The notes under the pieces: generated by a model
Seen by the model: only the letters and a program-made list of their open reading frames with translations
Databases searched by the model: none
Told to the model about the DNA's origin: nothing
Part shown: positions 18,027 to 27,333 of the stretch, piece by piece
Position numbering within the stretch: the first letter of the stretch is position 1
Layout: the number at the start of each line of letters is the position of its first letter
Made by a program: the position numbers and the translations under genes
NCBI GenBank assembly: GCA_035636595.1
Contig: DASPYU010000017.1
Span: 64,040 to 128,039, forward strand
DNA length: 64,000 nt
Direction: 5' to 3'
Source of the DNA: Thermoplasmata archaeon
GTDB lineage: Archaea; Thermoplasmatota; Thermoplasmata; RBG-16-68-12

Positions 18027-19376
18027 ATGATGGCCCTCCCGGTCCAGCTGCCAGTGCAACCTCCGCCCCAAGGGTTCGGCGCGCTCTTCGACGCGGACAC
18101 GCGCGCAGCGATCGCGAGCGGACTGTGCATCTCGTGCCGCGGCGCGAAGCTGTTGTGCGGCAAGGCCCGGTGTCCCATCCTCGTCCGATGGGACTCGATG
18201 ATGAAGACCGCGCCGATGATTGACCGGGTCGACCTCGACGGCTCCTCGCCTCCCGGCGTATTCGTCGGCCGATTCGGATATCCGAAGGTCTATGTCGGCC
18301 CTCTGGTCCCGCCGATCCACGGGGACACGCAGATCCTGGATTCGCCGGAGGAATGGGTCGGCCACTCGATGGAGGACATCGTGAGCTTCCGCTCGCAGCT
18401 CGTCCGCGGGATGCATCGCGTGCATGTGATGGACGTGGACCGCGGCGGCCGGCTCGTCGATCAGACGAGAGAACTCGCCCTCGCCACGTCGCCCGCGGAG
18501 GTCGAAGCGGGCTTCTCCCGGAGGCCGCAGGGTCGCGTCGTCCTCGACGACAACGTGCAGCCCTTCGGACCGTCGGCGCCACTTCAGCGGCTCGACATCG
18601 GCACCGTGAAAGCGGACCCGCAACTGGTCCGCGCGTACTCGGACACGGACCTGAAGGCCAAGGACGCGGTCCTCGGCTTGTTCGACCGCGGGCTTCCGGT
18701 CTCGAAGATCCAGCGGGCCTTCAGCGTCGGCGCATTCGGGATCGAGAAGAACCGACGATTCGTCCCGACCCGATGGTCCATTACCGCGGTCGACGACACA
18801 ATCGGGAAGACGTTGCGGGAAGAGGTCAAAACGTATCCGCTCGTCAACGAGATCCGCGTCTACGAGGCGATCGGGTACGATGACCGATTCCTCGTCGTCA
18901 TGATCCCGCGGCCGTGGCGGTACGAGCTCATCGAGGCCTGGTATCCGAACACCCTCTGGAATCCCCTCGGCCGCGAGGTCGTCATGTTCGGGGACCACGA
19001 GGGCCTCGCCGGTCGTACGACGTACGCGAGCATCGGCGGCTGCTATTACGCCGCGCGTCTTGCGGTCGGGGAAGCGCTTGTCCGCGAACGCCGCCAAGCC
19101 GCGACCGTCATCCTGCGAGAGACGCACCCGGGATACATCATGCCCGTGGGCGTGTGGAACGTTCGCGAGCATGTGCGGGCCGCGCTGCGGGGGCGACCGG
19201 CATCGTTCCCAACGATGGCGGCGACCCTGGCCCACCTCACGACCCGACTCGACATCCCCATGGAGCGGTACGTCCGAATCAGCGAAGTCCTGAAGCACGT
19301 GATCTATCAGCGGACATTCGACGAATTCGTACTCCTCGAGGCAGGCCGACTCGTCTTGCCGTCGTCGCAGGCTTGA
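18027..19376 (+). CDS. Nre-family (COG1602, DUF650/DUF651-like) putative DNA-repair protein
   Basis: 449 aa. An N-terminal C4 cluster CISCRGAKLLCGKARCPIL is followed by a large conserved-looking globular domain. The assignment is from memory of the family signature. Confidence 0.4.
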   Translation: MMALPVQLPVQPPPQGFGALFDADTRAAIASGLCISCRGAKLLCGKARCPILVRWDSMMKTAPMIDRVDLDGSSPPGVFVGRFGYPKVYVGPLVPPIHGDTQILDSPEEWVGHSMEDIVSFRSQLVRGMHRVHVMDVDRGGRLVDQTRELALATSPAEVEAGFSRRPQGRVVLDDNVQPFGPSAPLQRLDIGTVKADPQLVRAYSDTDLKAKDAVLGLFDRGLPVSKIQRAFSVGAFGIEKNRRFVPTRWSITAVDDTIGKTLREEVKTYPLVNEIRVYEAIGYDDRFLVVMIPRPWRYELIEAWYPNTLWNPLGREVVMFGDHEGLAGRTTYASIGGCYYAARLAVGEALVRERRQAATVILRETHPGYIMPVGVWNVREHVRAALRGRPASFPTMAATLAHLTTRLDIPMERYVRISEVLKHVIYQRTFDEFVLLEAGRLVLPSSQA

Positions 19377-19403
19377 AGCGCACCGCCACAATTCTCCGAT
19401 GCC

Positions 19404-19832
19404 TTGCCGTCGCGAAGCGAATTCCCCAAATATCCGGTACCGGCCGTCGGTGCAGTCGTGTTCCGCGGCGACGCCGTGCTCCTCGTGAAACGGGGCTCGG
19501 AGCCAAACAAGGGACGCTGGAGCGTTCCTGGGGGCGGCCTCGAAGTCGGAGAGACCGTGGAAGTCGGCGTGGTGCGAGAGGTCCGCGAAGAGACGGGCGT
19601 CCAAGTGCGTGCGATGCGCGTGATCGAGGTGCGAGACTACATCGAGATGGACGGCGACCGCGCGCGGTGGCACTACGTCCTCATCGATGTGCTCTGCGAG
19701 TACATCGCAGGAGAGCCGTTCCCCGCGAGCGATGCGGACCACGCTCGATTCCTCCCGCTACGCGAGCTCGGAGAATACGACATCGCCTCCACCGCCTTGG
19801 AGGTCGTGCGGGCCGCGGCCGCGAAGCGCTGA
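19404..19832 (+). CDS. NUDIX hydrolase
   Basis: The Nudix box GGGLEVGETVEVGVVREVREETGV is present. Confidence 0.75.
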   Translation: MPSRSEFPKYPVPAVGAVVFRGDAVLLVKRGSEPNKGRWSVPGGGLEVGETVEVGVVREVREETGVQVRAMRVIEVRDYIEMDGDRARWHYVLIDVLCEYIAGEPFPASDADHARFLPLRELGEYDIASTALEVVRAAAAKR

Positions 19833-19868
19833 CCGACTCGCCCCAATCCTCTTGCATCTGCGCGGCAT

Positions 19869-20438
19869 GTGCGCGATGTGGCTTCGCCTCCCCGGATTGC
19901 CGCCAAGCTGCGTTCCATCCTCGACGTTCAGGACATTCCGATCGATCGGCCCGCGCGACGATCCGGCCGAGCCTGGCTGCTCAATCCGCGCCGCCTCGAG
20001 ATCGTCCTCACGGCGGCCGCCTATCCGGGCGTGCACCTGCGATCCGCCTCGCGTCTCCTCCTTCAGCCACTGCCCTCGCTGCGCTACCACGTCCTGCGGC
20101 TGGAGCGGGAACGATTCGTTGCGACCCGTCGATCGGGCGGCCGGACCTCCTTGTTCATCCCCGGGATGTACCCGAAGAATTTCGAGACGCTGCTCGTGGC
20201 ATGGGAAGACCGAGACGCGGTGCCCGAGGGCACGCCGGCGCGGATGCGGCACGCGTTTGAGCGTCTCTGTCACGACAAGACCGCGGCGCGCCTCGAGACG
20301 TTCCTCGGCTTGCTCCGCCGCGACGACTTGCATCCGGAGGCGGAGCCGCTGGACCGCGGCCGTTTTCGCGTCACGGTCGACGGACCGCGTGCACGAATCC
20401 GGTTCGTCCTGCCGCTCGACCCGATCGCCCGGGGATAG
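19869..20438 (+). CDS. hypothetical winged-helix (ArsR/MarR-like) protein
   Basis: 189 aa. The segment RLEIVLTAAAYPGVHLRSASRLLLQPLPSLRYHVLRLERERFVATRRSGGRTSLF has HTH plus wing topology. Confidence 0.4.
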   Translation: MRDVASPPRIAAKLRSILDVQDIPIDRPARRSGRAWLLNPRRLEIVLTAAAYPGVHLRSASRLLLQPLPSLRYHVLRLERERFVATRRSGGRTSLFIPGMYPKNFETLLVAWEDRDAVPEGTPARMRHAFERLCHDKTAARLETFLGLLRRDDLHPEAEPLDRGRFRVTVDGPRARIRFVLPLDPIARG

Positions 20439-20492
20439 CTGCGCGCCAAACAAGTTCGATACGTTTATCGAGTCGCCGACGAGTGCGGACCT

Positions 20493-21524
20493 GTGGCCTC
20501 TCCGGTTCCGTCGCCACCGCCGCCGATCCCCTATTGGCCATCCATCGTGGTGAAGCCCGAGACGGTTCGCGGCGTGCAGACGTATCACGTGAACCTGATC
20601 CTCGACATCGTCTTCGGCGTGTTCGCGCTCCTCATCGGACTCACATCGATCTATGTGGCGACCGCCACGGACCCGGCCACGGCGATCGCGATCGCGGCGA
20701 TCACCGGATCCGCCGCGTGCGGCCTCCTGATCGTCTTCGTGATCAACTTCATCGTCAGCCTGATGTCCGTCCTCCGGATGCACCACGGCGCGGACGAGTA
20801 CGGCCCGGACCACGGGAAGAACGCGCGACGCGGCATCCTGTTCAAGTGGATCGGGACGACCCTGTCCACTCTCGCGGCGATCCTGGTTGTCTACCTCATC
20901 TTCGCGGGCACCTCCGCACTCTTCCTCGGCGCGTCCGTATCCGCGACGGTGTACGTGCCTCTCCTCGTCACGGTCTTCTGGACCGCGGGCGTTGGAGCCA
21001 AGGCCCAGATGTACCGCTACATGATTCGGTCCCTGCAGCCGCCGGAGACCCGGCGGTGGTCCGACATCGCGAGCTTCCTCATCCCCTCGCTCGGCGCGAT
21101 CGGCATCGTCGTGGTCGGCTACGTGACGGTCCGAATCGTGGACCTCCTGTCGTCGCCGAGCTCGCTGTCGTCCCCGGAGGCGGGGCGCCTCTTTCAACTC
21201 ATGATCGGCGGCGTGTTCCTGCCGCCGGGCTTCGCGCTCATCGGATACATCGTCTTCTTGACGATCTACGCGAAGACACGCGAGCGTCTCAACGCGGGAT
21301 TGGCCGAATTGTACCGCGCGATGCCGCCGGCGCCCGCCTGGGCTTGGCCGGCGCCGGCGAATCCAGGTCCGATGAACCCGATGGCTTCGGCTGCTTCGTC
21401 TGCGGTTGCTACGCCGCCTGCGGCCACCGCAATTGCCGTCGGATCCTTCTGTCCGAGGTGCGGCCATGCATTGCCCGCCGACGCGCTGTTCTGCCTGAAC
21501 TGCGGAACGCAAGTACGCACCTAG
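20493..21524 (+). CDS. hypothetical polytopic membrane protein with C-terminal zinc ribbon
   Basis: About 6 TM helices, then an A/P-rich linker, then CPRCGHALPADALFCLNCGTQV. Confidence 0.45.
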   Translation: MASPVPSPPPPIPYWPSIVVKPETVRGVQTYHVNLILDIVFGVFALLIGLTSIYVATATDPATAIAIAAITGSAACGLLIVFVINFIVSLMSVLRMHHGADEYGPDHGKNARRGILFKWIGTTLSTLAAILVVYLIFAGTSALFLGASVSATVYVPLLVTVFWTAGVGAKAQMYRYMIRSLQPPETRRWSDIASFLIPSLGAIGIVVVGYVTVRIVDLLSSPSSLSSPEAGRLFQLMIGGVFLPPGFALIGYIVFLTIYAKTRERLNAGLAELYRAMPPAPAWAWPAPANPGPMNPMASAASSAVATPPAATAIAVGSFCPRCGHALPADALFCLNCGTQVRT

Positions 21525-21575
21525 GAAGGCCGGCCGCGAACCTACTTCATGTAGGGGCCGTCCCATGGCGGTCCG

Positions 21576-22256
21576 ATGCGAATCGGGCTACGAATCGCGG
21601 TAGTCCTCGTGGCCCTGGGGCTCGTCGTGGTGTCCATCGTCGCGGCATTCTTGGCCTTGCGCCCGAGTTCGCTACCGGCTGCAGGTGAACAGCCGCCACC
21701 ACCGCCACCATCGCCGAATCCCTCGGCGTGTCCCAACTCCGTCGGCCTGTGCCTCGAGACCAACGTGACGCGCGTCGTCGACGGCGACACGCTCGACGTC
21801 GAAACGGGTCTCGCAATCCGCCTCGTGCTCGTCGACGCGCCGGAGCTGAGCGAAAGCGGCGGGCCTCTGGCGAGGGACTACTTGACTTCCCTGTGCTCGG
21901 GGAAGCCCGCGCTCGTGGACGAGGACGACTGGCAGATCGGCGCGGACCCGTACGGTCGGGTGCTCGCGGTCGTCTACTGCGACGGGACGAACGCCAACGC
22001 CGCGATGATCGCCTCGGGCTATGCCCAGACCTACTACGCATTTTGCGCGGCGAGTGAATTCGGAAGTGCCGCTTGGAGCGGATGTTCCACCCCGCCCCCT
22101 CCGGGCGACTGCGATCCCTCGTATCCGGACGTGTGCATCCCGCCGCCTCCGCCGGATCTCGATTGCGTAGACATCCCCTACCGCAACTTCCGGGTACTTC
22201 CGCCCGACCCGCACAACTTCGACGGGGACCACGACGGCATCGGGTGCGAGACCTGA
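21576..22256 (+). CDS. secreted thermonuclease (SNase-like) with C-terminal Excalibur Ca-binding domain
   Basis: An N-terminal signal/TM segment is followed by SNase motifs (VVDGDTLDV, RLVLVDAPE, DPYGRVLAVVY). An Excalibur motif (DxDxDGxGCE) occurs twice in the P-rich C-terminus. Confidence 0.7.
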   Translation: MRIGLRIAVVLVALGLVVVSIVAAFLALRPSSLPAAGEQPPPPPPSPNPSACPNSVGLCLETNVTRVVDGDTLDVETGLAIRLVLVDAPELSESGGPLARDYLTSLCSGKPALVDEDDWQIGADPYGRVLAVVYCDGTNANAAMIASGYAQTYYAFCAASEFGSAAWSGCSTPPPPGDCDPSYPDVCIPPPPPDLDCVDIPYRNFRVLPPDPHNFDGDHDGIGCET

Positions 22257-23267
22257 TCGTCGACGGACTCTCGCTTTCCGGACGCGGTGACGTCCTCCGC
22301 GCTGTTCGTCTCTCAGAACGCTGAGTGCACGCAGCGTGATCCACTTGCTCGGCCCATGACGTCGTTCGAGCGCGAAGGGCTGGACCCCTTTCTCCCGGTC
22401 GTAGTTCGCCCCACGCGCGAGGTCCGGATGGACCGATTCCAGAGGCCACTTGCCGTCCGGCCGCCGCTTCTCTCGGAGAAGCGCCTTGGCCCGCCGTGTC
22501 CGTGAGTCGTCGCCGTACCCGAGGCGTGCAAGCGTCTCGAGGCCGACCAGGACGTCGTAGTAGTAGTGGACCGGATAGTGCAGTCGCCACCAGGAGGCGT
22601 ATCGCTTTCTCCCTTCGTGGAGGAGTTCACGCTCGAGATAGAATTCGGCCCCGCGTTCGACCGCGGCCTTCCGCTTGCGGGTCCACCGGGATCGGCCGAT
22701 TGCGGCGTATGCGGCCAAAGCCTCCCAGCAATCGAGGGTGCCTTTCGGTCGGCCGAAACAATCCCACCCGCCGTCGTCCAGTTGCTGATCCGCGAGCCAG
22801 TCGAGAGAGGCCCGCGCGCGTCGATCCGACCCGAGGCCAAGGAGGATCATCATGCGCGCCGTGTTGCTGACGAAGCAGAAGTGCGGTTCCCCTCCGACGC
22901 GGCTGAACGGTCCGTCGGAGCTGCCGTAGTCCGCGAACATCAGGTCGACCGCCTTCCGTATGGCCGGGTGACGCACGGTCAGGCCCAGCTCGGCGAGGAC
23001 GAGGAGCCGCCAGTTCGTCGCCACGTACTTTGGTCGGTAGAGGCTCTCGCGTCCCACCCAGAAGCCACGACGATCCTGCTGCCGGAGAATGTCGGCGGCC
23101 CAGCCGCGACGCGCGATCGCAACGAGTGCCTCACGGGCCTCCCCGGAATGAGGGGACTCCCCCTCAACGTCCACGAGATACCGAAAGCGAGCGGCCGGTT
23201 GACCGGGATTCCCCAGCCACGTGCCCAGGTCCGAGGCGGACACAGCCCCGAAACCGGGTTGGGCCAA
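21672..23267 (-). CDS. prenyltransferase/squalene-cyclase-repeat (alpha-alpha toroid) protein
   Basis: The N-terminal ~335 aa (22263-23267) carry QxxDGGW-type repeats (QQLDDGGWD). There is no in-frame stop until 21672, so the raw ORF runs about 590 bp antisense over the nuclease gene. That tail is R-rich and probably not genuine. Confidence 0.4.
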   Translation of the reverse strand: MAQPGFGAVSASDLGTWLGNPGQPAARFRYLVDVEGESPHSGEAREALVAIARRGWAADILRQQDRRGFWVGRESLYRPKYVATNWRLLVLAELGLTVRHPAIRKAVDLMFADYGSSDGPFSRVGGEPHFCFVSNTARMMILLGLGSDRRARASLDWLADQQLDDGGWDCFGRPKGTLDCWEALAAYAAIGRSRWTRKRKAAVERGAEFYLERELLHEGRKRYASWWRLHYPVHYYYDVLVGLETLARLGYGDDSRTRRAKALLREKRRPDGKWPLESVHPDLARGANYDREKGVQPFALERRHGPSKWITLRALSVLRDEQRGGRHRVRKARVRRRSGLAPDAVVVPVEVVRVGRKYPEVAVGDVYAIEIRRRRRDAHVRIRGIAVARRGRGGTSAPSGTSEFTRRAKCVVGLGIARGDHRGVGVRPVAVDDREHPTVRVRADLPVVLVHERGLPRAQGSQVVPRQRPAAFAQLRRVDEHEADCETRFDVERVAVDDARHVGLEAQADGVGTRRGIRRWWRWWRLFTCSR

Positions 23268-23297
23268 TAAGCCTTGACAGTCAGGGGCAGCTCGCCG

Positions 23298-23669
23298 CTA
23301 GTCTTGCTCGCGCCTTCGTGCTTCGTCTTCCGACCGTCCAATCGGTCCCTCGTTGCCCGCCAGGGCCGAATAGGAGCCTCCGCCGGAGACTCCAATGATC
23401 GGCGCGACCACGGGAGAGTGAGATCGAATTTCACGGTCCTCGAGCGATCCGGAGGGCGGAAGGGAGGCCGAGGATCCGCGGGAAAAGAGGAGGACCAAAC
23501 CGAGGATCGAGAGGATAACACCGAATCCGATGACGATCGCCGCAACCTCAAGCATCGGATAGTCTCGGACGACAATCGGGACGTACGCGACAGCGCCGAT
23601 CGCGACCAGGATTAATCCCGCCGCGAGGACCGCCGCTCCGGAGAGCCGGTCCCTCACCGGTCTCCCCAC
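23298..23669 (-). CDS. hypothetical small two-TM membrane protein
   Basis: 123-aa ORF with two strongly hydrophobic helices. There is no homology cue. Confidence 0.25.
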   Translation of the reverse strand: MGRPVRDRLSGAAVLAAGLILVAIGAVAYVPIVVRDYPMLEVAAIVIGFGVILSILGLVLLFSRGSSASLPPSGSLEDREIRSHSPVVAPIIGVSGGGSYSALAGNEGPIGRSEDEARRREQD

Positions 23670-23754
23670 ACCGGATGACAGCTGACCGTGACGTTTACAC
23701 GGAGGCCGGTCCCAGGCCTTCGGAAAGACCGGAACGCAGATTCAAAAAGGACCG

Positions 23755-25269
23755 ATGTTTCGGGAGGCGCCAACCGCCGATACGGAGAGGGCCCCATTGC
23801 CGAGAAACGTACCAGACCAAGATGTTGAACGGGACGCGGTCGGGACCGGCGCAGGCTCCCGCGCCCGGATGATTCTCGCCGTCGTCATCATCGCCGCTTT
23901 CCTCGACGTCGTCGACTTCTCGGTCGTCCAAGTCGCGCTCCCAACGATCCAGCGGGAGTTCCTCGCGCCGCTCGCGGAGAGCCAGTGGGTGACCGGCGTG
24001 TACGGTCTCACCCTCGCCGGATTTCTGATGGTCAGCGGCAGGGCCGGAGACGTGTACAGTCAGAAACGCATCTTCGTGACCGGAATCGTCGTGTTCACGC
24101 TCTCGTCTCTCTCGGCCGGACTCGCGCCGTCCCTCCTGTCGCTGGTCGTCTCGAGGGCGATCCAGGGCATCGCCGCCGCCATGACGAGCGCGACGGCCTT
24201 CGCGATCCTCGCCGCCACCTTCCCGGAGGGGCCCGTCCGGAACCGGGCGATCGGCGTCCTCGTATCGGTCCTGTCGGCGGGCTTCGCGGCCGGCTCCATC
24301 GCCGGCGGCGTGCTCACCGCGGCCTTCGGGTGGCGCTCCGTGATGTTCGTGAACGTGCCGATTGGAACGTTCGCCGCGTTGCTCGCCTACCGGTTCGTTT
24401 CGGGAGATCGCCGTCGAGCGGTCGGAGGACGCCTCGACCTGCCCGGCGCGGTGACCGTCACGGTCGGCCTGATCCTCCTCGTCTACGCGTTCACGATCGC
24501 CGCCACGGACGGATTCTTCACCATGCAGACCGCGATCCCGCTGAGCCTTTCGGCCCTCACCTTGGCGGGTTTCCTGTTCATCGAACGTCGGTCGAAGGCG
24601 CCTCTCGTGCCCCTCGCGTTCGTCCGACGGAAGACGATCCTAACCGCGAACGTCCTCTCGTTGATCATGACCTCCTCGTCCGGAGCTCTCATCGTCCTGA
24701 CCGTCTACCTACAGCAGGTCCTCGGGTTCTCACCCCTCGAGGCGGGCCTCGCGTTCCTGCCGGCGGCGGCAATCTTCTTCGTCGTCGGCGGCTGGGGGTC
24801 CTCGTGGCTTCTGGATCGGCTCGGGCTGAAGCCCGTGCTCGTGGTCTCGACCGCCCTCGTCACCGTGGGCCTGGCGCTCCTCGCGCCCCTCTCGGTCGCG
24901 GCGGGCTATCTCGGCATCTTGCCCGGCAGCATCTTCTGGGCGCTCGGGGCGAGCATCGGGTTTCCTGCCCTTGCGATCGCCGGCCTCGCCGGTTCAAAGC
25001 GGGGGGAGGAGGGCCTCGCGTCGGGATTGATCATGACCTCTCAGCGGCTCGGCTTTCCGCTCGGCCTGGCCGTCGTGCTGACGATCGCCAGCGCCTTCGA
25101 TCCCAAGCTCGGGCTTGGCGGCTTCCGAGACGCCTTCGCAGCGGCAGCGCTCCTGAGCGCCATCGGATTGGTCATCGCCCTGCGGTTTCGAGCGGATCAT
25201 CCGGTCTCCGTCGAGGAGGCCATCGCGGCCTCGGCAGGACTGCTCGGGGAACAAGAAGAGGCCCCTTGA
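23755..25269 (+). CDS. MFS transporter, DHA2 (EmrB/QacA-like, 14-TM) family
   Basis: About 14 TM segments. Motif A-like GRAGDVYSQKR lies between TM2 and TM3. The start may be the internal ATG near 23866 (MILAVVII...). Confidence 0.75.
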   Translation: MFREAPTADTERAPLPRNVPDQDVERDAVGTGAGSRARMILAVVIIAAFLDVVDFSVVQVALPTIQREFLAPLAESQWVTGVYGLTLAGFLMVSGRAGDVYSQKRIFVTGIVVFTLSSLSAGLAPSLLSLVVSRAIQGIAAAMTSATAFAILAATFPEGPVRNRAIGVLVSVLSAGFAAGSIAGGVLTAAFGWRSVMFVNVPIGTFAALLAYRFVSGDRRRAVGGRLDLPGAVTVTVGLILLVYAFTIAATDGFFTMQTAIPLSLSALTLAGFLFIERRSKAPLVPLAFVRRKTILTANVLSLIMTSSSGALIVLTVYLQQVLGFSPLEAGLAFLPAAAIFFVVGGWGSSWLLDRLGLKPVLVVSTALVTVGLALLAPLSVAAGYLGILPGSIFWALGASIGFPALAIAGLAGSKRGEEGLASGLIMTSQRLGFPLGLAVVLTIASAFDPKLGLGGFRDAFAAAALLSAIGLVIALRFRADHPVSVEEAIAASAGLLGEQEEAP

Positions 25270-25381
25270 GCCGAACGACTACCATGGCGGGGTTCGCGAG
25301 CGTTGACCTGCGCGACTCCGCGGCCTTAAGCCGGAGGAACGCCTGACGGAGATTGGATCCGCTGACGAATGGGAGAATTGA

Positions 25382-25939
25382 ATGAGAAAAGTCGTCATGT
25401 GGAATCTGGTCACGCTCGACGGCTTCTTTGAAGGACCGAAGAGCTGGGACATCGACTGGCACGAAACCGTCTGGGGCGAGGAACTCGAACGACTCTCGCT
25501 CGAGCAGTCAAAAGAGGCTGGGGCCCTCCTCTTCGGCCGCATCACCTACGAGGGGATGGCCTCGTTCTGGCCCTCGGAGAAGGGGGCCATCGCCGATTTC
25601 ATGAACTCGATCCCGAAGGTGGTCTTCTCCAAGACGCTGAAGGAAGCGAAGTGGAACAACAGCCGCGTCGTGAACGGGAAGCCCGAGGTCGAAGTCGCCA
25701 AGCTGAAGCGTCAAGCCGGCAAGGACCTGTTCATCTTCGGCAGCGCAAATCTGTCCTCAACGCTGATGCAACACGGCCTGATCGATGAGATCCGTCTGGG
25801 AGTGACGCCCGTCATCCTGGGCCGAGGGAACCCGCTCTTCAAAGCGAGTCCGGACCGGATGCGGATGAAGCTGATCGAAGCACGACCGACCAAGTCCGGC
25901 TGCGTGATCCTTCGGTACGAAATCGAACCGAAGAAGTGA
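25382..25939 (+). CDS. dihydrofolate reductase-like (RibD C-terminal domain) family protein
   Basis: 185 aa. MRKVVMWNLVTLDGFFEGP...LLFGRITYEGM is typical of the RibD_C/DHFR-like family. Confidence 0.7.
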   Translation: MRKVVMWNLVTLDGFFEGPKSWDIDWHETVWGEELERLSLEQSKEAGALLFGRITYEGMASFWPSEKGAIADFMNSIPKVVFSKTLKEAKWNNSRVVNGKPEVEVAKLKRQAGKDLFIFGSANLSSTLMQHGLIDEIRLGVTPVILGRGNPLFKASPDRMRMKLIEARPTKSGCVILRYEIEPKK

Positions 25940-26005
25940 GCGCGAGGTCATCTCGTTTTTCCTGGGGCGGGGTCTCAACCGCCGCCCCAAGGTAGGTTCT
26001 CGCGA

Positions 26006-26362
26006 CTACATCTGATGGGGCACGTTCGGATTCTGCTGCCACAAGGCCATGCGGGTGCCCGTGGGATCCTCGAACACCGCGAACCAGCCCTGGCCCATGA
26101 CCTCGGCTTTGGGCGAGATGATCTTCCCGCCCGCCTTCTTGACCTTCTCCACGTACTCGTCGACCGAGTTCACGGAGATGTAGTTGATCACGCCCGGCTG
26201 CCAGTTTCCCGGTTGCAGTCCGCCCACGCCGCCGCCCGGGCCGCTCGGCGCCTCGAACAACGAGTAGTCGATCCCGGGGACCTCTTGGAACTTCCATCCG
26301 AAGAGACTTCCGTAGAACTTTTCGGCTTTCTTGCGATCCTTCACGTGGAACTCGACGTGCAC
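26006..26362 (-). CDS. VOC/glyoxalase family protein
   Basis: The glyoxalase-like core (HVEFHVKD...AEKFYGSLFGWKF...ISPKAEVMGQGWFAVFEDPTG) begins at a GTG preceded by GGGAG. The longer 247-aa raw ORF upstream is R/S-rich junk. Confidence 0.55.
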   Translation of the reverse strand: MHVEFHVKDRKKAEKFYGSLFGWKFQEVPGIDYSLFEAPSGPGGGVGGLQPGNWQPGVINYISVNSVDEYVEKVKKAGGKIISPKAEVMGQGWFAVFEDPTGTRMALWQQNPNVPHQM

Positions 26363-26425
26363 GATGCTCCCGTGTTTCGGTGTTCGGCCATGCTCATTCC
26401 CCTTTGGGAAGCCTTCGAATACGCT

Positions 26426-26449
26426 CGCGTATATAACGATATTCGGCGG
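26426..26449 (-). promoter_or_regulatory. putative TATA box (minus strand reads cgTTATATAcg) upstream of the VOC gene
   Basis: An AT-rich TATA-like octamer in a GC-rich intergenic region, about 70 nt upstream of the GTG start. Confidence 0.3.
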
Positions 26450-26513
26450 GGGTCGCAGAAAGTACGGACGCCTCGGGATGTTTCTGGTGGCTGGTGCCGA
26501 TCCATGTGCCGGA

Positions 26514-26906
26514 TCATGGTGCGCTGGGCCGGAACTTGAGGGAGGCCGAGTTGATGCAGTACCGCAGGCGCGTCGGCTTCGGACCGTCGTCGAACACGTG
26601 ACCCAGGTGCGAACCGCAATTCGCGCACTCGACCTCGGTCCGCCGCATGAACAGACTGCGATCCTCCTTCTCGAGGACGCTTCCCTCCTTTGCTGGCGCC
26701 CAGAAGCTCGGCCAACCGGTCCCCGATTCGAATTTGGTCGTCGAGGCAAAGAGCTCCCGACCGCACACGACGCACGCGTACAGGCCGGGATCGTGATTGT
26801 CCCAGTATTCTCCCGTGAAGGGCCGCTCCGTTCCCTTGTTGACGACGACGTCGTACTGCAACGGCGTCAGCTCTTGCCGGAGCTTCGGCTTGTCGAATTT
26901 CTGCAC
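26514..26906 (-). CDS. msrB: peptide-methionine (R)-S-oxide reductase MsrB
   Basis: Two CxxC zinc pairs (CVVCGREL...[12 protein letters not shown]) and the catalytic RYCINS motif are present. Confidence 0.85.
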   Translation of the reverse strand: MQKFDKPKLRQELTPLQYDVVVNKGTERPFTGEYWDNHDPGLYACVVCGRELFASTTKFESGTGWPSFWAPAKEGSVLEKEDRSLFMRRTEVECANCGSHLGHVFDDGPKPTRLRYCINSASLKFRPSAP

Positions 26907-26975
26907 GAGGATCTACGAACCCTCGAACGGTTTAAGGTTTTGGCTGGCCGGTCTCACCCGGACTCGGGCGTCGCC

Positions 26976-27242
26976 TCAAGGCACTATCTTGACTTGAGAG
27001 CCCAAGGCCTGCGGGGGGAACCCGCGCCTCCACCGCACGCGGACCGCCCCGCTCGAACCGTGGGTGGCGACGACCCGGCCCAGGATTCGAACGCCGTCCG
27101 CGCGAAGCCAAACCGCCCGAGCCCCGACGACCTTTCTCGCATCCTCGACGCTGGCCATCTGAACGATCGTTTGGTAGCTGTCTTGCTTGAACTTGCTCTG
27201 GCGGAACGAGGTGACCGTCCCGGACAATTCGGATTTCGGCAT
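26976..27242 (-). CDS. rpl35ae: 50S ribosomal protein L35Ae
   Basis: The C-terminal pattern GRVVATHGSSGAVRVRWRRGFPPQALGSQVKI matches L35Ae. The start is taken at the internal ATG (MPKSE...). Confidence 0.7.
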   Translation of the reverse strand: MPKSELSGTVTSFRQSKFKQDSYQTIVQMASVEDARKVVGARAVWLRADGVRILGRVVATHGSSGAVRVRWRRGFPPQALGSQVKIVP

Positions 27243-27333
27243 GCGCGCCGCGCTACCGTCCCGTGCCGTATAAGCGCTTCGCATGCCCTGCCACGGGAAA
27301 CGCGTCGACGCCTCCTGGGTCGGCCTTCACGGA

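Noticed and set aside
17925-19742. Upstream 600 codons of the 873-aa minus-strand ORF 17121-19742
   Set aside because: This part is antisense to the well-supported Nre-like gene. The translation is R/D/E/H-rich with no motifs. Only the C-terminal 243-267 aa (the wHTH-repeat protein) are credible. Long open antisense frames are expected at about 66% GC.
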